From assembly GCA_036785375.1 (NCBI GenBank), contig JAWMAR010000471.1, forward strand, positions 124,001 through 188,000: DNA of 64,000 nt, in the 5' to 3' direction. Source of the stretch: Leucoraja ocellata. Lineage: Eukaryota. Positions 1 to 12,120 of the stretch are shown in pieces (the first letter of the stretch is position 1; every line of letters starts with the position of its first letter). A model generated the notes under the pieces. The model was not told the origin of the DNA. It searched no databases and saw nothing but the letters and a program-made list of their open reading frames with translations. The position numbers were made by a program, and so were the translations under genes.

Positions 1-26
1 CTGAGGTAATGGATGGATTAACATTT

Positions 27-490
27 TAGAAACATAGAACCTAGGTGCAGGAGTAGGCAACTCGGCTCGTCGAGCTTGCACCGCCATTCATTATGATTAT
101 GGCTGATCATCCAACTCAGTATCCTGCACCTGCCTTCTCTCCATACTCCTGATCCCTTTAGCAACAAGGGCCACATCTTATTCCCTCTTAAATATAGCCA
201 ATGAACTGGCCTCAACTACCTTCTGTGGCAGTGAATTCAAGAGATTCACCAATCTCTGTGTGAAAAATGTTTTTCTCATCTACTTCCCAAAAGATTTCCC
301 CCTTATCCATAAAACTGTGGCCCCTTGTTCTGGACTTCCCCAACATCGGGAACAATCTTCCTGCATCTAGCCTGCCCAACCCCTTAAGGCTTTTGTAAGT
401 TTCTATAAGATCCCCCTCAATATTCTAAATTATACCGAGTACACGCCGAGTCTATCCAATCTTTCTTCATATGATAATCCTGACATCCAG
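27..490 (-). mobile_element. CR1 LINE 3' fragment
   Basis: Starts with tagaaacatag (reverse complement of the CR1 tail). Same sequence family as the copies that encode ...RLGLYSLEFRRLRGDLIETYK... on the minus strand. Confidence 0.85.
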
Positions 491-628
491 GAGTTTGCAC
501 CGGTAGCTTCTCGGGCTGAAGGTTGATCCACTGAAGCTAACAACGGTCTATCGATAGTCACAATATATGATTGGAATGGAAGGATATTGATGAGATGCGG
601 GCAGAAGTGATTATGTTCTATTTTCTGA

Positions 629-825
629 TTATTTTACTGTGCGGTTCCTTCACTTTGCGATGCCGTGTATCTCGGGGGGGCTGCAATACACCGCGCCGCC
701 AGACAGCCGCGTCATACGGAGGGTGATTTCCCCTCCACGAAATATTCATTGAGATAGTTCATGAGGTTTATGTGTTTGAATTAAATCAGGTGCCAAATTT
801 CTCTGTGATCTTCCGGAAGAACGTG
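629..825 (-). pseudogene. Decayed inverted V relic (FR3 end + RSS-like), copy 1
   Basis: Minus strand reads ACGCGGCTGTCTGGCGGCGCGGTGTATTGC... then CACGGCA (667-661), 23 nt, GTAAAATAA (637-629). Resembles the TRLRDSAMYYC ending plus a 23-RSS. Confidence 0.5.
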
Positions 826-834
826 TGAGGGCGT

Positions 835-856
835 GAGAGAGAGGAAAAGAGAGAGA

Positions 857-893
<37 letters not shown>

Positions 894-910
894 AGAGAGA
901 GACAGAGAGA
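835..910. repeat. (GA)n microsatellite
   Basis: Seen directly in the sequence. Confidence 0.95.
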
Positions 911-1121
911 AAAAATTCAACAAACGGCAGGCGCTTTTACTTATGCCGAGTTAACATCAGTTATGAGAAAGTAGCCAATCAGCAGTCCTGAATCATAGAA
1001 ACGCCGTCTTCTGCACAAAATAAGATGCTTCCTATGATGTCCGCTTCATTGATACTCATCACACCAAGGAGACGGATAGTGAGCGGTCTATTCCCTCAGC
1101 ACGTTTACCAAATCAGGAGTA

Positions 1122-1298
1122 ATGTTCGACTTGTGGCCCTTCCTGGTAATTATGCTCGTGCGGGCAGGTTAGTGGGTATTTAAATGGTTAATATCCGTCA
1201 GAAAGGTCCAATCATCTTTCCGAAATGACAACGGCTCGTGTCCCTTGTTACAGGCATCTGTGAAGAGAAAGTGTCCCAGAGCCCGGCTGCGCTGAGGG
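1122..1298 (+). pseudogene. Truncated TCR V stub (B type): leader + first ~15 codons
   Basis: Leader MFDLWPFLVIMLVRAG at 1122-1167, donor GTTAGT, exon from 1254 (GICEEKVSQSPAALR). Then fused to the GA-rich upstream region of an A-type gene. Paralog of V5. Confidence 0.85.
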
Positions 1299-1556
1299 GG
1301 AGATAAGGAAAGAGGCGGGAGAAGTGGAAGGAGGAAAGAATGTTTACGGACTTTAGAAACAACAGCGTCGTTTAAATGTGCAAAAGCAGCATCCGGTATG
1401 GAGAATTGGCAATCAACCAACACCAGTAACTGAGGGAAACGCCCCCTTGTGGATAAAGTGATGAAACCCTGTTCACGTTTCATTCACACAGAACACACGA
1501 CGGAAGAACACTAATGCCGCTCCATTCTTTCAGCGTTCTGTCCAAATTAGGAATTC

Positions 1557-1989
1557 ATGTTCTCCATTTGCTCCTTTCTGATCATTATTCTCGTGCGACC
1601 AGGTGAGTTGGTGTTTAAATGGTCATTGTCCGCCAGCAGAGCCCGATCCTATCCAGGAGTTATCACGCGCGTATTTATTGTTACAGGAGTCGGTGAAGAT
1701 TCAGTGTCCCAGAGCCGGCTGCGCTGAGGGTCGAGGAAGGGCAGAACGCAACGATACATTGCAGCTACTCCACAGCAGTAAGTGGTGCAACTCTCTTTTG
1801 GTACATCCAATTTCCCGGTCAGGCGCCGAGATATGTGCTGAAAGGATTCAGTGAGGGGCCAGCCCTGCCAAGTCCAGATTTCTCCGACAGATTTTCTGCT
1901 GTCTTACACAAAGGGAGCAAGACATTTCCTTTAAATATCGCAGGGATGCAACTTTCAGGCCCGACGACATATTACTGCGCCTTGGAGCC
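1557..1989 (+). pseudogene. TRAV: V1: TCR alpha/delta V, family A, frameshifted
   Basis: Leader 1557-1602, V exon 1687-1989. A 1-nt deletion in cagagc(c)cggct gives an early TGA. Ends YYCALEP. RSS CACACTG-23-ACAAAAACC at 1990-2028. Confidence 0.85.
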
Positions 1990-2271
1990 CACACTGTTGC
2001 AGTGCGATCTGGGGTTCGAACAAAAACCACCCGCGAGATTCCGGCGAACATTCACCAGAGGGCGCTGCTGTACGATACATCCATAGTACATCTGATTGCA
2101 GGAGAGATCGGTCCATAACGGTCCGCATAATCTGCAATATCCCCACCTTTTCCCATGGGAAACGCGTCGTATCCTCGGTCACATCATTCCAAACAATCTC
2201 ATCACCCTGCTTCCTCGAGTGCATATATTGTGTGCATTTATCGGCTGACGTAATGGATGGATTAATATTTT

Positions 2272-3025
2272 AGAAACATAGGACATAGGTGCAGGATAGG
2301 CCAACTCGGCCCTTCGAGCCTGCACCGCCATTCAATATGATCATGGCTGATCATCCAACTCAGTATCCTTCACCTGCCTTCTCTCCATACCCCCTGATCC
2401 CTTTAGCAACAAGGGCCACATCTAACTCCTTCTTAAATATAGCCAATGAACTGGCCTCAACTACCTTCTGTGGCAAGTGAATTCCAGAGATTCACCACTC
2501 TCTGCGTGAAATTTTTTTTCTCATCTCCGCCCTAAAAGATTCCCCCCTTATCCGTAAACAATGACCCCCTGTACTGGACTTCCCCACATCGGGAACAATC
2601 TTCCTGCATCTAGCCTGCCGAACCCGTTAAGAATTTTGTTAGTTTCTATAAGATCCCCCCTCAATCTTCTAAATTCTAGCGAGTACAAGCCGAGCCTATC
2701 CAGTCTTTCTTCACATGAAAGTCCTGACATCCCAGGAATCAGCGTGGTGAACCTTCTCTGTACTCCCTCTATGGCAAGAATGTCTTTCCTCAGATTAGGA
2801 GAGCAAAAACTGTACGCAATACTCCAGGTGTGGTATTACCAAGACCCTGTACAACTGCAGTAGAACATCCCTGCTCCTATACCCAAATCCTTTTGCTATG
2901 AATCCTAACATACCATTCGCCCTCTTCACTGCCTACTGCACCTGCATGCCCACTGTTAATGACTGGTGTACCATCACACCCAGGTCTCGTTGCATCTCCC
3001 CCTTTCCTAATCGGCCACCATTCAG
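2272..3025 (-). mobile_element. CR1 LINE 3' fragment (long form)
   Basis: ORF 2548-2730 GLSCEERLDRLGLYSLEFRRLRGDLIE; tail at the left end. Confidence 0.9.
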
Positions 3026-4580
3026 AGAGGTGAACCGCCGAAAAGCACCTGGACCTGATGGTATGCCCGGTCGTGTTCTAAAACCTGTGCGGACCAACTG
3101 GCTGGAGTTTTTACGGACATTTTCAACCCCTCACTTCTGATGTCTGAGGTCCACCTGCTTTAAAAGGGCATCAATTATACCAGTGCCCAAGAAGAGTAAG
3201 GTGACGTGCCTCAATGACTATCGACCAGTGGCACTAACGCCGGTGGTGATGAAGTGCTTTGAGAGGTTGATCATAGAGCAAATCGACTCCTACCTCGACA
3301 AAAACCTGGACCCACTGCAGTTCGCTTACCACCACAACAGATCAACAGTGGATGCGCTCTCGCTGGCCCTCCACTCCGCTCTGGACCACTTGGACAACAA
3401 AAACTCATATGTCAGGCTGTTATTCATCGATTACAGCTTGACATTTAACACGATCATCCCCTCCAAGCTGGTTACCAAACTCGCAGAACCGGGTCTCTGC
3501 GCATCCTTCTGCAATTGGATCCCCGAGTTCCTCATTCACAGACCACATTCTGTTCGTATTGGTGGAAATGTGTCAGCCTCGATAACAATCAGCACGGGAG
3601 CACCTCAAGGCTGCGTGCTCAGCCCCTTGCTGTACTCACTCTATACTCATGACTGCGTAGCCAGTCACGGTGCGAACTCCATCATCAAGTTCGCGACGAT
3701 ACCACTGTTGTGGGACGCATCACTGATGGGGATGAGTCAGAGTACAGAAGAGAGATCGAGCAGCTGTCCATATGGTGCCAGCGCAATAACCTGGCCCTCA
3801 ACACCAGCAAAACCAAGGAACTGATTGTGGACATTGGAAGGAGTAGGAGAGGGACCCACAGCCCCATTTATATCAACGGGTCGGTGGTTGAAAGTGTCAA
3901 GAGCTTTAAATTCCTGGGCGTGCACATCTCTGAAGATCTTTCCTGGTCCGAGAACACTAACGCAATTATCAAGAAAGCTCAACAGCGCGTCTACTTCCTG
4001 AGAGGATTACGGAGAGTCGGTTTGTCAAGGAGGACTGTCTCTTACTTCTACACGTGCACAGTAGAGAGCACGCTGACCGGTTGCATCGTGGCTAGGTTCG
4101 GCAACTTGAGCGTTCTGGAGAGGAAAAGACTACAAAAAGTAACAAACACAGCCCAGCCCATCATCGGCTCTGACCTTCCTTCCATCGTGGGGATTTACCG
4201 CAGTCTCTTCCTCATAAAGGTTGGCAGTATCATCAAAGACCCACACACCATCCTGGCCACCACACTCATCTCCCTGCTACCTTCAGGTAGAAGGTACAGG
4301 AGCCTGAAGACTGCAACAACCAGGTCCAGGAATAGCTACTTCCCCACAGCCATCAGGCTGTAAACCTGGCTTGGACAAAACTCTGATTATTAATAACCCA
4401 TATTCTGTTATTTGCACTTTATCAGTTTATTTATTCATGTGAGTATATATTTATATTATGGTATATGGACACTTTTATCTGTTTTGTAGTAAATGCCTAC
4501 TTTGTTCTGTGTGCTGAAGCAAAGCAAGAATTGGATTGTCCTATACAGGGACACATGACATAAATTCACTTGTACTTGAG
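3026..4580 (+). mobile_element. Rex1/Babar-type non-LTR retrotransposon, 5'-truncated RT region + 3' UTR
   Basis: [71 protein letters not shown]. Contains frameshifts. Confidence 0.85.
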
Positions 4581-4603
4581 ATTGGTGGAAAGATAGCTGA
4601 ATG

Positions 4604-4845
4604 NNNNNNNNNNNNNNNNNNNNNNNNNNNNNNNNNNNNNNNNNNNNNNNNNNNNNNNNNNNNNNNNNNNNNNNNNNNNNNNNNNNNNNNNNNNNNNNNN
4701 NNNNNNNNNNNNNNNNNNNNNNNNNNNNNNNNNNNNNNNNNNNNNNNNNNNNNNNNNNNNNNNNNNNNNNNNNNNNNNNNNNNNNNNNNNNNNNNNNNNN
4801 NNNNNNNNNNNNNNNNNNNNNNNNNNNNNNNNNNNNNNNNNNNNN
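4604..4845. other. Assembly gap
   Basis: Run of N. Confidence 1.
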
Positions 4846-5101
4846 GAGATAAGAAAAAAGAGAGGCGGGGAAGTGAGAGGAGGAAAGAATGTTTAAGACT
4901 TTAAAAACAACAGCGTCGTTTAAATATGCTAAAGCAGCATCCGGTCTGGAGATTGGCCAATCAACAACATTAACTGAGGGAAACGCCCCCTTGTGGATAA
5001 AGTGATCAAACCGCTGTTCAACGTTTCATTCACACAGAACACACGACGGAAGAACACTAACACCGCTCCATTCTTTCAGCGTTCTGTCCAAATTAGGAAT
5101 C

Positions 5102-5528
5102 ATGTTCTCCATTTGCTCCTTCCTGATCATTATTCTTGTGCGGCCAGGTGAGTTGGTGTTTAAATGAATAGTGTCCGTCAACAGAGCCCGATCCTATCCA
5201 GGAGTTATCACACGTCGTATTTATTGTTACAGGAGTCGGTGAAGATTCATTGTCCCAGAGTCCGGCTGCGCTGAGGGTCGAGGAAGGCAGACGCAACGAT
5301 AAATTGCAGCTACTCCACAGCATACAATGCATATCTCTTTTGGTACATCCAATATCCCGGTCAGGCGCCGAGATATGTGCTGAAAGGATTCAGTGAGGGG
5401 CCAGCCATCACGTCCAGTTTCTCCGACAGATTTTCTGCTGTCTTACACAAAGGGAGCAAGACATTTCCATTAAATATCGCAGGGATTCAGCTTTCGGACT
5501 CGACGACATATTACTGCGCCTTGGCGCC
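5102..5528 (+). pseudogene. TRAV: V2: TCR alpha/delta V, family A, frameshifted, with 12-spacer RSS
   Basis: Leader 5102-5147, V exon 5233-5528. Reads gaggaaggcagacgc against paralog gaggaagggcagaacgc (2 nt lost). Ends YYCALAP. Confidence 0.85.
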
Positions 5529-5556
5529 CACACTGTTGCAGTGCGATCCAAAAACC
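5529..5556 (+). promoter_or_regulatory. RSS with 12-nt spacer, derived from a 23-RSS by an 11-nt deletion
   Basis: CACACTG ttgcagtgcgat CCAAAAACC. Confidence 0.75.
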
Positions 5557-5807
5557 ACCCGAGAGGTTCCGGAGAACACTCTCCAGAGGGCGCTGCTGCA
5601 CGATACATCCATAGTACATCTGATGCAGGAGCGATCGGCCTCATAACGATCCGCATAATCTGCAATATTCCCACCTTTTCCCATGGGAAACGCTTCGTAT
5701 CCTCGGCAACATCATTCCAAACAATCTCATCACCCTGCATCCTCGTGCGCATATGTTGTGTGCATTTATCGACTGACGTATTGGATGGATTAACACTTTC
5801 TCTATCA

Positions 5808-6560
5808 TAGAAACATAGAAACATAGAAAATAGGTGAAGGAGCAGGCCATTCGGCCCTTCGAGCCTGCACCGCCTTTCATTATGATCATGGCTGATCATC
5901 CAACTAAGTATCATGTACCTGCCTTCTCTCCATACCCCTGATCCCTTTGGCAACAAGGGCCACATCTAACTACCTCTTATATATAGCCAATGAACTGGCC
6001 TCAACTACCTTCTGTGGCAAGTGAATTCCAGAGATTCACCACTCTCTGCGTGAAAAATGTTTTCCTCATCTCCGTCCTAAAAGATTCCCCCCTTATCCTT
6101 AAACTGTGACCCTTGTTCTGGACTTCCCCATCATCGGGAACAATCTTCCTGCATCTAGCCTGCCCAACCCCTTAAGACTTTTGTAAGTTTCTATAAGATC
6201 CCCCCTCAATATTCTAAATTCTAGCGAGTACAAGCAGTGTCTATTCAGTCTTTTTTCACATGAAAGTCCTGACATCCCAGGAATCAGTCTGGTGAACCTT
6301 CTCTGTACATCCTCTATGGCAAGAATGTCTTTCCTCAGATTAGGAGACCAAAACCTGTACGCAATACTCCAGGTGTGGTATCACCAAGACCCTGTACAAC
6401 TGCAGTAGAACATCCCTGCTCCTATACCCAAATCCTTTTGCTATGAATGCTAACATACCATTCGCCCTCTTCACTGCCTACTGCACCTGCATGCCTACTT
6501 TTAATGACTGGTGTACCATCACACCCAGGTCTCCCCCTTTCCTAATCGGCCACCATTCTG
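5808..6560 (-). mobile_element. CR1 LINE 3' fragment (long form)
   Basis: (AGAAACAT)n tail at the left end; paralogous to 2272-3025. Confidence 0.9.
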
Positions 6561-7152
6561 AGGGGTGAACCCCCGAATAGCACCTGGTCCTGATGGTATG
6601 CCTGGTCGTGTTCTAAAAACCTGTGCGGACCAACTGGCTGGATTTTTCCGGACATTTTCAACCTCTCACTTCTGAGGTCTGAGGTCCCACCTGCTTTAAA
6701 AGGGCATCAATTATACCAGTGCCCAAGAAGAGTAAGGTGACGTGCCTCAATGACTGTCGACCAGTGGCACTACGCCGGTGGTGATGAAGTGCTTTGAGAG
6801 GTTGATCATGGAGCAAATCAACTCCTACCTCGCCAAAAACCTGGACCCACTGCAGTTCGCTTACCGCCACAACAGATCAACGGTGGATGCGATCTCGCTG
6901 GCCCTCCACTCCGCTCTGGACCACTTGGACAACAACACCTCATATGTCAGGCTGTTATTCATCGATTACAGCTTGGCATTTAACACGATCATCCCCTCCA
7001 AGCTGGTTACCAAACTCGCAGAACCGGGTCTCTGCGCATCCCTCTGCAATTGGATCCCCGACTTCCTCATTCACAGACCACAGTCTGTTCGTATTGGTGG
7101 AAATGTGTCATCCTCGAGAACAATCAACACGGGAGCTCCTCAAGGCTGCGTG
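6561..7152 (+). mobile_element. Rex1/Babar RT fragment (duplicate of 3026 onward, 3'-deleted)
   Basis: ORF 6778-7212 VMKCFERL...GAPQGCV. Then joined to V-downstream sequence caatctcatcac. Confidence 0.85.
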
Positions 7153-7223
7153 CAATCTCATCACACTGCTTCCTCGAGTGCATATATTGTGTGCATTTAT
7201 CGGCTGACGTAATGGATGGATTT

Positions 7224-7691
7224 TAGAAACATAGGACATATGGGCAGGAATATGCCACTCGGCCCTTCGATCCTGCACCGCCATTCATTAGGATCATGGC
7301 TGATCATCCAACTTAGTATCCCATCCCTGCCTTCTTTCCATACCCCCTGATGCATTTAGCCACAAGGGCCACATCTAACTCCCTCTTAAATTTAGCCAGT
7401 GAACTGGCCTCAACTACCTTCTGTGGCAGTGAATTCCAGAGATTCACCACTCTCTGTGTGAAAAATGTTTTTCTCATATCGGTCCTAAAAGATGTCCCCT
7501 TACTCTTAAACTGTGACCCCTTGTTCTGGATTTCCCCAACATCGGGAACAATCTACCTGCACCTAGCCCGTCCAACCCCCTTAAGAATTTCGTGAGTTTC
7601 TCTAAGATATCCCTCAATCTTCTAAATTCTAGCGAGTACAAGCCGAGTCCTATCCAGTCTTTCTTCATATGAATGTCCTGACATCCCAGGA
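7224..7691 (-). mobile_element. CR1 LINE 3' fragment (short form)
   Basis: ORF 7474-7749 contains GLYSLEFRRLR and GRLFPMLGKSRTRGHSL. Confidence 0.85.
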
Positions 7692-7997
7692 CTCTGCACC
7701 GATAGCTTCTGGGGGTGAAGTTTGATCCACTGAAGCTAACTACGGTCAATCGATAGTCACAAGATACAGAGACAGAGACAGAGAGAGAAAAGTCAACAAA
7801 CGGCAGGCGCTTTTACTTATGCCGAGTTAACATCAGTTATGAGAAAGTAGCCAATCACCAGTCCTGAATCATATAAACGCCCTCTTCTGCACAAAATAAG
7901 ATGCTTCTTACGATGTCCGCTTCATTGATACTCATCACACCAAGGAGACGGATAGTGAGCGGTCTATTCCCTCAGTACGTTTACCAAATCAGGAGTA

Positions 7998-8174
7998 ATG
8001 TTCGACTTGTGGCCCTTCCTGGTAATTATGCTCGTGCGGGCAGGTTAGTGGGTATTTAAATGCTTAATATCCGTCAGAAAGGTCCAATCATCTTTCCGAA
8101 ATGACAACGGCTCGTGTCCCTTGTTAGAGGCATCTGTGAAGAGAAAGTGTCCCAGAGCCCGGCTGCGCTGAGGG
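7998..8174 (+). pseudogene. Truncated TCR V stub (B type), second copy
   Basis: Near-identical to 1122-1298 with the same deletion junction. Acceptor mutated to ttagag. Confidence 0.85.
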
Positions 8175-8428
8175 GGAGATAAGGAAAGAGGCGGGAGAAG
8201 TGGGAGGAGGAAAGAATGTTTACGGACTTTAGAAACAACAGCGTCGTTTAAATGTGCAAAAGCAGCATCCGGTATGGAGAATTGGCCAATCAACACCTGT
8301 AACAGGGAAACGCCCCCTTGTGGATAAAGTGATCAAACCCTTGTACAACGTTTCATTCACACAGAACACACGACGGAAGAACACTAATGCCGCTCCATTC
8401 TTTCAGCGTTCTGTCCAAATTAGGAATC

Positions 8429-8868
8429 ATGTTCTCCATTTGTTCCTTCCTGATCATTATTCTCGTGCGACCAGGTGAGTTGCTGTTTAAATGGTTATTG
8501 TCCGTCAACAGAGCCCGATCCTATCCAGGACACGTCGTATTTGGAATTGTTACAGGAGTCGGGCAGATTCGAGTGTCCCAGAGTCCGGCTCGCTGAGGAC
8601 GAGACTGATTCCTAATTTGGACAGAACGCAACGATAAACTGCAGCTACTCCACAGCATACAGTAGTCCAACTCTATTTTGGTACATCCAATATCCCGGTC
8701 AGGCGCCGAGATATGTGCTGAAAGGATTCAGTGAGGGGCCAGCCCATCCACGTCCAGGTTTCCCGACAGATCTTCTGCTGTCTTACGCAAAGGGAGCAAG
8801 ACATTTCCTTTAAATATCGCAGGGATGCAGTTTTCGGACTCGAGGACATATTACTGCGCTATGGCGCC
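8429..8868 (+). pseudogene. TRAV: V3: TCR alpha/delta V, family A, multiple frameshifts + inverted insert
   Basis: Leader 8429-8474, V exon 8556-8868 with indels. Ends YYCAMAP. RSS CACACTG-23-ACAAAAACC at 8869-8907. Confidence 0.85.
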
Positions 8869-9148
8869 CACACTGTTGCAGTGCGATCTGGGGTTCGAAC
8901 AAAAACCACCCGCGAGATTCCGACGAACATTCACAGAGGGCGCTGCTGCACGATACATCCATAGTACATCTGATGCAGGAGGGATCCGCCCCATAACGAT
9001 CCGCATAATCTGCAATATTCCCACCTTTTCCCAAGGGAAACGCGTCGTATCCTCGGCGACATCATTCCAAACAATCTCATCACCCTGCTTCCTCGAGTGC
9101 ATATATTGTGACATTTATTGGCTGACCTAATGGATGGATTAACATTTT

Positions 9149-9610
9149 AGAACCATAGAAAATAGGTGCAGGTGTAGGCAAATCGGCCCTTCGAGCCTGC
9201 ACCGCATTCAATATGATCATGGCTGATCATCCAACTCAGTATCCTGTACCTGCTTCTTTCCATAACCCCTGATGCCTTTAGCCACAAGGGCCACATCTAA
9301 CCCCCTCTTAAATTTAGCCAGTGCATTGGCCTCAATTACCTTCTGTGGCAGTGAATTCCAGAGATTCACCACTCTCTGTATGCAAAATGTTTTTCTCACC
9401 TCGGTCCTAAAAGATTTCCCCCTTATTCGTAAGCGGTGACCCCTTGTTCTGGACTTCCCCAACATCGGGGACAATCTTCCTGCATCTAGCCCGCCCAACC
9501 TCTTAAGAATTTTGTAAGTTTCTATAAGAACCCCCATCTAATCTTCTAACTTCTAGCGAGTACGAACCGAGTCCATCCAGTCTTTCTTCATATGAAAGTC
9601 CTGTCATCGC
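9149..9610 (-). mobile_element. CR1 LINE 3' fragment (short form)
   Basis: ORF 9217-9537 LIETYKILK...QRVVNLWNSLP. Confidence 0.9.
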
Positions 9611-9750
9611 ATGAGTTTGCACAGGTAGCTTCTGGGGGTGAAGTTTGATCCACTGAAGCTAAGAACGGTCTATCGATCGTCACAAGATATGCATGGAATG
9701 GAAGGATATTGATGAACTGCGCGCAGAAATGATTATGTTCAATGTTCTAA

Positions 9751-9945
9751 TTATTTAGCGGTGCGGTGCCTACACTTTGCGACGCCGTGTATCTCAGGGG
9801 GCGGCAATACACCGCGCCGCCAGACAGCCGCGTCATACGGACGATGATTTCCCCTCCCCGAAACGTTCCTTGAGATAGTTCATGAGGTTTATGTGCTTGA
9901 AAAGTAATCAGTTGGCAGATTTCTCTTGGATCTTCCGGAAGAGCG
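9751..9945 (-). pseudogene. Decayed inverted V relic, copy 2
   Basis: Minus ORF ...MTRLSGGAVYCRPLRY, followed by CACGGCG (9789-9783)-23-GCTAAATAA. Confidence 0.55.
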
Positions 9946-9948
9946 TGG

Positions 9949-10153
9949 NNNNNNNNNNNNNNNNNNNNNNNNNNNNNNNNNNNNNNNNNNNNNNNNNNNN
10001 NNNNNNNNNNNNNNNNNNNNNNNNNNNNNNNNNNNNNNNNNNNNNNNNNNNNNNNNNNNNNNNNNNNNNNNNNNNNNNNNNNNNNNNNNNNNNNNNNNNN
10101 NNNNNNNNNNNNNNNNNNNNNNNNNNNNNNNNNNNNNNNNNNNNNNNNNNNNN
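9949..10153. other. Assembly gap
   Basis: Run of N. Confidence 1.
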
Positions 10154-10396
10154 GCTTTAACTTATGCCGAGTTAACATCAGTTATGAGAACGTAGCCAAT
10201 CACCAGTCCTGAATCATAGAAACGCCCTCTTCGGCACAAAATAAAATGTTCCCCTGGTAATCTCTTCATTGACACCCACCACACCAAGGAAACGGTTCGT
10301 GAGCGGTCTATTCTCTCGTTTCATTCACACAGAACACACGACGGAAGAACACTAATGCCGCTGCATTCTTTCAGCGTTCTGTCCAAATTAGGAATC

Positions 10397-10821
10397 ATGT
10401 TCTACATTTGTTCCTTCCTGATCATTATTCTCGTGCGACCAGTGAGTTGGTGTTTAAATGATTAGTGTCCGTCAACAGAGCCCGATCCTATCCAGGAGTT
10501 ATCACGCGTCGTATTTATTGTTACAGGAGTCGGTGAAGATTCAGTGTCCCAGAGTCCGGCTGCGCTGAGAGTCGAGGAAGGGCAGGACGCAACGATAAAT
10601 TGCAGCTACTCCACAACATACGGTCACTTTTGGTACATCCAATATCCAGGCGAGGAGCCGAGATATGTACTGAAAGGATTCAGTGAGGGGCCAGCCCTGC
10701 GAAGTCCAGATTTCTCCGCCAGATTTTCTGCTGTCTTACACAAAGGGAGCAAGACATTTCCTTTAACTATCGCAGGGATACAGCTATCAGACTCGACGAC
10801 ATATTACTGCGCCTTGGCGCC
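10397..10821 (+). pseudogene. TRAV: V4: TCR alpha/delta V, family A; open V exon but leader splice phase shifted
   Basis: Leader ends cca|gtgagt (paralogs ccag|gtgagt), so splicing to exon 10527-10821 is out of frame. The V ORF itself is intact (CSYSTTYGHFWYIQ...YYCALAP). RSS 10822-10860. Could be a 1-bp consensus error. Confidence 0.7.
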
Positions 10822-11245
10822 CACACTGTTGCAGTGCGATCTGGGGTTCGAACAAAAACCACCCGCGAGATTCCGGCGAACACTCACCAGAGGGCGCTGC
10901 TGCACGACACATCCATAGTACATCTGATGCAGGAGGGATCGGCCCCATAACGATCCGCATAATCTGCAATATTCCCACCTTTTCCCATGGGAAACGCATC
11001 GTATCCTCGGCAACATCATTCCAAACAATCTCATCACCCTGCTTCCTCGAGTGCACATATTGTGTGCATTATCGGCTGACGTGTTGGAAGGATTAACATT
11101 TTCTCTATCAATTTGCACCGGTTACTTCTGGGGGTGAAGTTTGATCCACTGAAGCTGACAACGGTCTATCGATAGTGACCAGATATGCTTGGAATGGAAG
11201 GATATTGATGAGATGCGGGAGAAATGATTAAGTTCTATGTTCTAA

Positions 11246-11441
11246 TTATTTTGCGGTGCGGTGCTTCCACTTTGCGACGCCGTGTACCTCAGGGGGCGGC
11301 AATACACCGGACCGCCAAACAGCCGCGTAATACCGAGGGTGATTTCCCCTCCACGAAATGTTCCTTGAAATAGGTCATGAGGTTTATGTGTTTTGAAAGA
11401 TATCAGGTGGCAGATTTCTCTGGGATCTTCCGGATGAACGT
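11246..11441 (-). pseudogene. Decayed inverted V relic, copy 3
   Basis: Minus ORF ...ITLGITRLFGGPVYCRPLRY, then CACGGCG (11284-11278)-23-GCAAAATAA. Confidence 0.55.
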
Positions 11442-12120
11442 GTGTGTGTGGGGGGGGGGGGGGGGGGGGGGGGGGGGAGGGGGAGAGAGAGACAGTCACA
11501 TATCTTGTGACTATGGCGAAGGAAATACGGCACATCTTTGTGCACAATCCGTAACAGCATGCCATATCCTGAGAGACGGTGAATGACCAACATGAACATA
11601 TGTACGCACACACTAATTGACATAAACTAACGCTAAGAAATTAATATTGAATTGCTAAACTTGCTGTTGTGTTTGTACTGCTTACAGCTGCAAGAACATG
11701 TAGCAATCAATAAAGGGCTATAGGGCTATTGCGAGTTTATGTACAGGGACATATCTATCCAATGCAGTGTATACTTGTATTCATACTTATGCATTTTAAA
11801 CATGTATGTCATGTTTTATACTTTGGCAATATAACAATGTTTATATCATGCCATTAAAGTTTTTTAAATTGAAAAATAGAAATTGAATTGAGAGAGAGAA
11901 AGGGAGAGAGAAAAGTCAACAAACGGCAGGCGCTTTAGCTTATGCCGAGTTAACATCAGTTATGAGAAAGTAGCCAATCACCAGTCCTGAATCATAGAAA
12001 CGCCCTCTTCTGCACAAAATAAGATGCTTCCTATGATGTTCGCTTCATTGACACGCACCACACCAAGGAGACGGATAGTGAGCGGTCTATTCCCGCAGTA
12101 CGTTTACCAAATCAGGAGTA

